From Anaerolineae bacterium (GTDB taxonomy: Bacteria > Chloroflexota > Anaerolineae > B4-G1 > SLSP01), in NCBI GenBank assembly GCA_034437735.1, contig DAOTTS010000056.1, positions 2,751-66,750 on the forward strand: 64,000 nt of DNA, written 5' to 3'. How positions within the stretch are numbered: the stretch's first letter is position 1; every line of letters starts with the position of its first letter. Below are positions 58,747 to 64,000 of this stretch, in pieces. Below the pieces are notes generated by a model. The model was not told the origin of the DNA. It saw only the letters and a program-made list of their open reading frames with translations, and made no database searches. A program made the translations under genes and the position numbers.

Positions 58747-60747
58747 TCAGTCTCCAACAGCATCCATTAGCACGTCGTCGATGTCCGCTCGCTCCCAAGG
58801 AGTCTGGTGGGCCTGCGGATTGTGCCACTCCCGGCCCGGCAGGAGGACGGTCAGGTGGCGATCGTCCTCGATACGGAACCAGAAGCGCCGCTCGAACATC
58901 ACGTAGGGCGTGACCTCCGGCTCCTCACTGAACCATACACCCACGTTCAAGGTCTCCGCGTCGGTCAAGGACTGAAGCGAGGCAATGTTCCGCTCGACAG
59001 GCCCATCGAACGCCACACCCTCCGCCGTGATCGTCCACGTCAACTCGTAGACATCGCCCTTCTCGGACACACTATCGAGGAGAAACGCCTCGGCGGCGCC
59101 GTTCCACACGTAAGCATAGACGTACGGGTGATCGGTCGGGTTGATCACCCGGAGATGCTGGGTAAACGCGGGGCCGCGCGCATACGCGTAGGTGTCCAGA
59201 AGATCATCGTAGGCACCGAGGTTCAGCTTTCCGACCTCGACCAGCCGATCTGGGTCGAACAGATCACCTTGGATGACGAACGCGAGTTTGTCGTAATACG
59301 CGGCGAGGGCGTCGTCCTCGATCCGGTTCTCGCCGGCGGCCAGGGAGTCGACATACCCGTCGGGCACAGTGCGCCCGTAGTGCCCCACCCGCCAATGGCG
59401 GCTGGTCGGCGGCAGCCGCGCCAGCAGCGGATCGGCCAAGCCCAGCAGGTCAATCACGTGCACCTGCGGGCCGGCGTAGTAGCCGAAAAACCCCACCGAC
59501 CCCCGCGTCACTACGGTGGGCCCTTCCTGCCCGGCAGCCCGGCCCTCTCGCACCCAGTCGTGCTCGGGCAGCTCAGCGCCCCGCAGCGCCGGCACCAGCC
59601 CGGTGCTGGGATAGTAGTTTGCCGCTTCGTCGGAGATGCCGCGGCTCGCATACCAGCTCCCCGAATCGAACTCCGCCCGGCTTTCGGGCGTCGTGAGGAC
59701 CGTCGAGTTCGGCCCCAGCAGGCCGAGGATGAGCACCGGCGCCAGCGCCGCGCCCCATCCTGCCGGGCGGAAGCGGAATGGGAGGCTGACGAGAACCGCC
59801 ACCGCGGCCAGCAGCTGCGCGCTCAGGAAGCGACCGCTCATAAAACCGCCCCCGATGCTGACCACGTAAAGCACATAGGCGCTGAATCCCGCGATAACCG
59901 GCACGTTGTGCCAGGCCCGCACGACCAACGGAACCACGACGCCCGCCGCGATCACGACGAGCGTCAGGGGATCGCGTCTCAGGGAATCGAGGAGGTAATC
60001 CAGCCCCTGCGGCAGCAGGTCACGCCGGGTGATGAGGCCCAGATTGAGCTTGGCAAAGGCGGTGTTGGGCACCGGGGCGCCGTAGTAGACGAGGGAGAAG
60101 AGCTCCCAGGCGAGCAGCGGCGCGAAGCCCAGGGCTGTGACGGTCAGCCGTTTGACGATGGGAACCGCTCGCGCCCTGATCATCGCGTACGCCAGGGCCG
60201 GCAGATAGAACAGGGCGGTGTCGATCCGGTTCACCATCCCCAAGGCGGTCAGGAGCGCGAGACCCAAGAGGGTCCGGGAATCGATCTCATCCTCGGCACC
60301 AAGATAGACGGCGAGAAACCCCGCCAGGATCAGATGGGTCAAGGGATTCTCCAACCCGGAGGTGGAGTAATCCACAAATGCCTTGGAGAACGTAAGAGCC
60401 GCGATCCCCCACAGCGCAGCAGGGAACGAATCGGCAACCTGCGTGACCAGAACGTACACAGCCAGAAGCGAGAGGGCCATACATAACGCATAAGCGGTGA
60501 AGAAGACCTCACGCGTGACGACGGTCAGCCCTGACATCAGGAACATCCACAGGGGATGGGTATACGCCTGCACCCGCTCGGTCACGTTCCAGGTCAGCCC
60601 GTAGCCGTGGATGAGGTTGTCGACCGTGCGGAAGGTGATGTAGGCGTCGTCGGAGAGCCACGCGTTGCGCGCCACCACCACACCAAAGCCGAGCAGGCAC
60701 AGTACCAGGATGATGCGGGTGCGGGTACGGAATGTCGATTCGGTCAT
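58747..60747 (-). CDS. Polytopic membrane protein with a C-terminal soluble domain; GT-C-fold glycosyltransferase-like (GT39/ArnT-like)
   Basis: The start is chosen at MTESTFRTRTRIILVLCLL (ATG 60747); the 92-aa Cys/Pro-rich upstream extension is unlikely to be coding. It has a DDAYI first-loop motif and more than 12 TM helices, and resembles the protein at 1265-3676. Confidence 0.45.
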   Translation of the reverse strand: MTESTFRTRTRIILVLCLLGFGVVVARNAWLSDDAYITFRTVDNLIHGYGLTWNVTERVQAYTHPLWMFLMSGLTVVTREVFFTAYALCMALSLLAVYVLVTQVADSFPAALWGIAALTFSKAFVDYSTSGLENPLTHLILAGFLAVYLGAEDEIDSRTLLGLALLTALGMVNRIDTALFYLPALAYAMIRARAVPIVKRLTVTALGFAPLLAWELFSLVYYGAPVPNTAFAKLNLGLITRRDLLPQGLDYLLDSLRRDPLTLVVIAAGVVVPLVVRAWHNVPVIAGFSAYVLYVVSIGGGFMSGRFLSAQLLAAVAVLVSLPFRFRPAGWGAALAPVLILGLLGPNSTVLTTPESRAEFDSGSWYASRGISDEAANYYPSTGLVPALRGAELPEHDWVREGRAAGQEGPTVVTRGSVGFFGYYAGPQVHVIDLLGLADPLLARLPPTSRHWRVGHYGRTVPDGYVDSLAAGENRIEDDALAAYYDKLAFVIQGDLFDPDRLVEVGKLNLGAYDDLLDTYAYARGPAFTQHLRVINPTDHPYVYAYVWNGAAEAFLLDSVSEKGDVYELTWTITAEGVAFDGPVERNIASLQSLTDAETLNVGVWFSEEPEVTPYVMFERRFWFRIEDDRHLTVLLPGREWHNPQAHQTPWERADIDDVLMDAVGD

Positions 60748-61001
60748 AGGATTGAGTGACTCCCACGTTGGGTCGCTTCCGGCATTAACAAACACGGGCG
60801 TACGATAGCACGGTTCGGCGGAAAATCCAAACGGCGTCACGCAGCCCAGTTTCGGATCCGGTGGCACAGAGCCCTTGACAGGATTTGCCGAATGGTGCGA
60901 CCTGTTGTATCCTACACAAGTTGGGGCAGCGACCGTTGCCCCGGTGGATGCGACCGAATTGCATCCCTCACATCGGCAATCAGGAGGGGGGGAACTGCAC
61001 T

Positions 61002-61838
61002 GTGTATCACCTGGGCACGGCAACGTACACTAAGGAACTGAACGGCGCGGTCGCCGTCGCGCATCTTGCGGGGAGCATGATGCTGCGCTACTACGACCTC
61101 GATTACGAAGTCTCTACCAAGGCGGGGAGCACCCCGGCCTCGGCGATAGTCACCGAGGTCGACGTCAAGATCGATCATATGGTCCGGGATTACTTCACGC
61201 AGGTATGGCCGGACGACCAACTGCTGACGGAGGAGACCGCACCCGACGAACACTGGCACCGCGCGCGGCGGATATGGACGATCGATCCCATTGACGGCAC
61301 GATGGGCTATGCCAACCACACCGGCTCCTTCGGCGTGTCGATTGCCCTGATTGAGGAAGGGCGTCCCGTACTCGGCGTACTCTACGCACCGGCCCACAAT
61401 ATGGCAGCCTGGGCCGTGGCCCACGAGGGCGCGTTCTTGAACGGTGCCCCCGTCGATCTGAGCGAAAAGACGGCCATTGACACAATTGTGTGCAGCAGCA
61501 ACTCGATCGATCTCCCTGCCTACCAGCAGGCCCTGCGGGCGCTCAACCCTGACGGCCGGCTGGTGGTAACGGCCACGGAGTCGGTCGTGATGAAGGCCCT
61601 CCTCATTTTGAAGGGCGAAGGGGAGATCTATCCCATCCTGCCCAAATCGCGGACGGGACACCCTCACTGCAAGTTCTGGGATATCGCCGGTGCGGACGTC
61701 ATCCTGCACGAGGCCGGCGCCAAGGTCAGCACCTTCGCTGGAGATCCGTACCATTACGATCGATCCGAGTTCAAGTGTATCGAAGGCGTCCTGATGGGGA
61801 CCGAGGCTGGTCACCGGTACGCAGTTAGCAGGTTATAG
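61002..61838 (+). CDS. Inositol monophosphatase family protein, CysQ-like 3'(2'),5'-bisphosphate nucleotidase candidate
   Basis: WTIDPIDGTMGY and WDIAGA (WD-x-AAG) motifs. GTG 61002 start after AGGAGGGGGGG. The listed 60885 start would overlap the divergent upstream gene. Confidence 0.7.
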   Translation: MYHLGTATYTKELNGAVAVAHLAGSMMLRYYDLDYEVSTKAGSTPASAIVTEVDVKIDHMVRDYFTQVWPDDQLLTEETAPDEHWHRARRIWTIDPIDGTMGYANHTGSFGVSIALIEEGRPVLGVLYAPAHNMAAWAVAHEGAFLNGAPVDLSEKTAIDTIVCSSNSIDLPAYQQALRALNPDGRLVVTATESVVMKALLILKGEGEIYPILPKSRTGHPHCKFWDIAGADVILHEAGAKVSTFAGDPYHYDRSEFKCIEGVLMGTEAGHRYAVSRL

Positions 61839-61840
61839 TC

Positions 61841-63364
61841 ATGAGGAAACTTATAGTGAATCGGTTGCCCAGTATTGATCAGAAATCCTTGCCCTGGTCT
61901 CAAATCTTTGTTTTAGCGGGATGCCTATTACTTTGCTTCATACTGTATGCACCAGCTCTTGACGCCTACTTTGTAGCTGAAGACCTACGCTCCCTCCATT
62001 TTGGATGGCAGGATGTACTAGCCGAGTTCTCAGGATTCGGTCAGTCTGTGGGATTTCGACCGGGCACCATACTATACTTCGCTATCAACAATGCCCTTTG
62101 GGGAAGAAATCCCATTGGGCATCATGCAGTGGTGCTTGTACTTCACGCGATGGTTGGATGGCTGGCCTACCTCATTACACAACGCGTCACCGGTCATACA
62201 GAATCTGCTATGGCGGTGTCAGTACTTTTTCTGGCAACCCCCGCTCATACAGAAGCTGTCGTTTGGCTCGCTGCCTCCGCAGGAACCGTCACTAGTGGAC
62301 TTCTCTGTATGTTCGCAGCATGGTTGTGGATCAAGGGCAGAGATGAGCGTAAGCCAATAATCACGATTTTTGTTGCTATCCTCTACCTACTAGCTCTTTT
62401 GATTAAAGAAGTTGCCCTTCCTTTACCTGGCCTGCTGCTGCTACTTGACTTGGCAACCGGTCGAGTTTCGGCCTCAAACGGAGCGAAAAGAACCTCTAAA
62501 ACGTTACTCGCTTATTGGCCATTAGCTATCGCTCTATCACTTTATGGGATTCTGCATTACCTTGCCGGAGTCTGGACGAGTTCAATTCACTATGGCTTGC
62601 ACTTGGATATGAGCTTCTCCCAAATCGTGAGCTTATGGACTGCGTACGCTCGAGATCTATTCCAGCCTGTTAGCAGTTTCATTGAATGGAAAATCGGGGT
62701 CAAAAGCTGGATATGGCTAGGAATGTTTTTAGTTCTTCTCCACGCATTCCACCCGGCACGTTGGGCGTTTCTCTGGGTGATACTGGCGCTGGCACCAGCA
62801 GCTACAGCCTATGGAGAGCGACTCACTTACCTTGCCCTCGTCGGATTTAGTATGGGCTTAGTTATATCTCTCTCCACGCTCATACGCCTTCTTGCTTACT
62901 GGATCAATCGTGAGAAACTCAGAAGCGCAAGGATCAGCGGACTAGTTATGCTTTCGATCGTATTAGTAATCTTGGTTGCTGACTTCCGGGCTGTTCGAAG
63001 AGACATACCAAATTGGGTGGAGGCGGGAAGACTAACTTGGAGTATACCCAGACAAGCCAAAAAGCTACTGCCAAATCCACCTTCGGGCGCAGAGCTTTAT
63101 TTCATAGACCTACCCGATAATGTGAATGGAGCATACGTATATAGATGGGGGATCGTACCTGAAGTCAAGTATGTATATTCAGACACGAATATAGACGTTC
63201 ATCACGTAGTAGAATACCCGAGAGGAGGGAAAACCGACCTCGCGTCCATTGAATGTCAATCGGAAGCCTCGCGCTTCTTTTTTCAGTATGATAGGGAACT
63301 AGGCGAACTGAAACAGGTCAGCAAACGTGAGTTCGGATTGGATTGTTCACCACCTGACAACTAG
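61841..63364 (+). CDS. Polytopic membrane protein (GT-C-like/unknown), encoded in a low-GC (about 45-50% by eye) segment
   Basis: 507 aa with many TM helices. Its codon usage is clearly AT-richer than the window norm. Confidence 0.5.
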   Translation: MRKLIVNRLPSIDQKSLPWSQIFVLAGCLLLCFILYAPALDAYFVAEDLRSLHFGWQDVLAEFSGFGQSVGFRPGTILYFAINNALWGRNPIGHHAVVLVLHAMVGWLAYLITQRVTGHTESAMAVSVLFLATPAHTEAVVWLAASAGTVTSGLLCMFAAWLWIKGRDERKPIITIFVAILYLLALLIKEVALPLPGLLLLLDLATGRVSASNGAKRTSKTLLAYWPLAIALSLYGILHYLAGVWTSSIHYGLHLDMSFSQIVSLWTAYARDLFQPVSSFIEWKIGVKSWIWLGMFLVLLHAFHPARWAFLWVILALAPAATAYGERLTYLALVGFSMGLVISLSTLIRLLAYWINREKLRSARISGLVMLSIVLVILVADFRAVRRDIPNWVEAGRLTWSIPRQAKKLLPNPPSGAELYFIDLPDNVNGAYVYRWGIVPEVKYVYSDTNIDVHHVVEYPRGGKTDLASIECQSEASRFFFQYDRELGELKQVSKREFGLDCSPPDN

Positions 63365-63444
63365 AAATCTATTCTCCCCGAAATCCGCATGCATTATCAG
63401 TAGTAGGTTGAACACACCACTTAAAATTGGCTCTGAGGGACAAA

Positions 63445-64000
63445 TTGAATCCATATTCACACCTTGTCATCGCCTCGCATATCGCACCGCGCCTCGGCCC
63501 GATGACGCGCCAGGATTACTACTGGGGCGCGATCGCGCCTGACATCCGGTATATCGCCGGCATGCGCCGCGAAGAGACCCATATCCCGACCGAGAGAATC
63601 CAGGGCCTTATCCAACGGTACCCACACCTCCGGTCGTTCCTGCGCGGCTACCTGGTGCACATTCTCACCGACGAGATCAACCTGGAGGAGGTGTTCTACC
63701 CACGCTTTCCCTTCTCCGTGCTCAAGCGCAGGCTGACCCGGCAGCACCTCGCCGTGATCCTCGAGTTTTTCTACATTGAACGCGAAGTGGTGAATCCGGA
63801 GATTGCCGGCACCTGCAACGACGTCCTCTGCGAACTTGGTTTGAACGAGGACAATTGTACGAAGTTCGCGCGGTTTATGAACCACTACACGAGCCTGTCA
63901 TCCCTGGACGCCCGCGTTGCGGGGTTGACCCAGCTATTAGGTTTGGAGAACGATCCTCGCATCGAGAAGTACGCAGCCGCCGCCAAGAACTTCGAGGCGC
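63445..64000 (+). CDS. Zinc-dependent phospholipase C-like family protein, partial; the 3' end is beyond the window
   Basis: The open frame to the window end starts LNPYSHLVIASHIA...YYWGAIAPD.... The TTG 63445 start is 5 nt after GAGGGA. It is not in the ORF track because there is no stop in the window. Confidence 0.4.
   Translation, partial: MNPYSHLVIASHIAPRLGPMTRQDYYWGAIAPDIRYIAGMRREETHIPTERIQGLIQRYPHLRSFLRGYLVHILTDEINLEEVFYPRFPFSVLKRRLTRQHLAVILEFFYIEREVVNPEIAGTCNDVLCELGLNEDNCTKFARFMNHYTSLSSLDARVAGLTQLLGLENDPRIEKYAAAAKNFEA

Noticed and set aside
60885-61001. The listed ATG start (60885) for the CysQ/IMPase-like gene.
   Set aside because: It would overlap the divergently transcribed membrane-protein gene start by more than 130 bp. 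It also encodes a Cys/Pro-rich non-homologous extension. GTG 61002 after AGGAGGGGGGG fits family N-termini better.

Overview
This window is high-GC (about 65-70% by eye) bacterial chromosomal DNA, densely coding on both strands and apparently from a single organism. No rRNA, tRNA or CRISPR array could be supported.

Core content is sugar and carbohydrate metabolism:
- glucokinase, a GH63 mannosyl/glucosyl-glycerate-hydrolase-like enzyme and transaldolase
- a DgoD-like enolase-superfamily dehydratase
- a sugar-phosphate isomerase and Gfo/Idh/MocA oxidoreductase cluster
- a GH92 alpha-mannosidase, a ROK kinase, a lactonase, and two GT-C-like polytopic membrane proteins

There is also a sulfur-ester theme:
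- a sulfotransferase, metallophosphoesterase and oxidoreductase operon
- two Cys-type sulfatases, a CysQ/IMPase-family phosphatase and PPK2

Stress and housekeeping genes include rubrerythrin, a VIT1/ferritin-like transporter, SlyD and a DJ-1/PfpI protein.

Several accessory or horizontally acquired islets stand out by low GC:
- an MNT/HepT toxin-antitoxin cassette
- a second TA-like pair, TumE-like
- a large single-chain Type IIG restriction-modification enzyme whose target-recognition segment is a roughly 700-bp low-GC patch inside an otherwise GC-rich ORF
- a low-GC membrane-protein gene

Two different REPtron-like units are present. Each is a RayT/IS200-like HUH transposase gene flanked by its own family of palindromic REP hairpins. 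Orphan copies of one REP family lie elsewhere in the window.

The most unusual locus is a NarL-type two-component pair followed by an S8 (subtilisin-like, apparently intracellular) protease that carries extra N- and C-terminal domains. Immediately downstream sit stand-alone paralogues of exactly those two domains: a 73-aa copy of the C-domain, and a lipoprotein copy of the N-terminal, LIPY/F-motif-containing prodomain-like region. An acidic Pro-rich protein lies between them. I regard this as a candidate undescribed protease and cognate-inhibitor module.

Several repeat-rich intergenic regions, one frameshifted alpha/beta-hydrolase and one truncated AIM24-like gene remnant are also noted.
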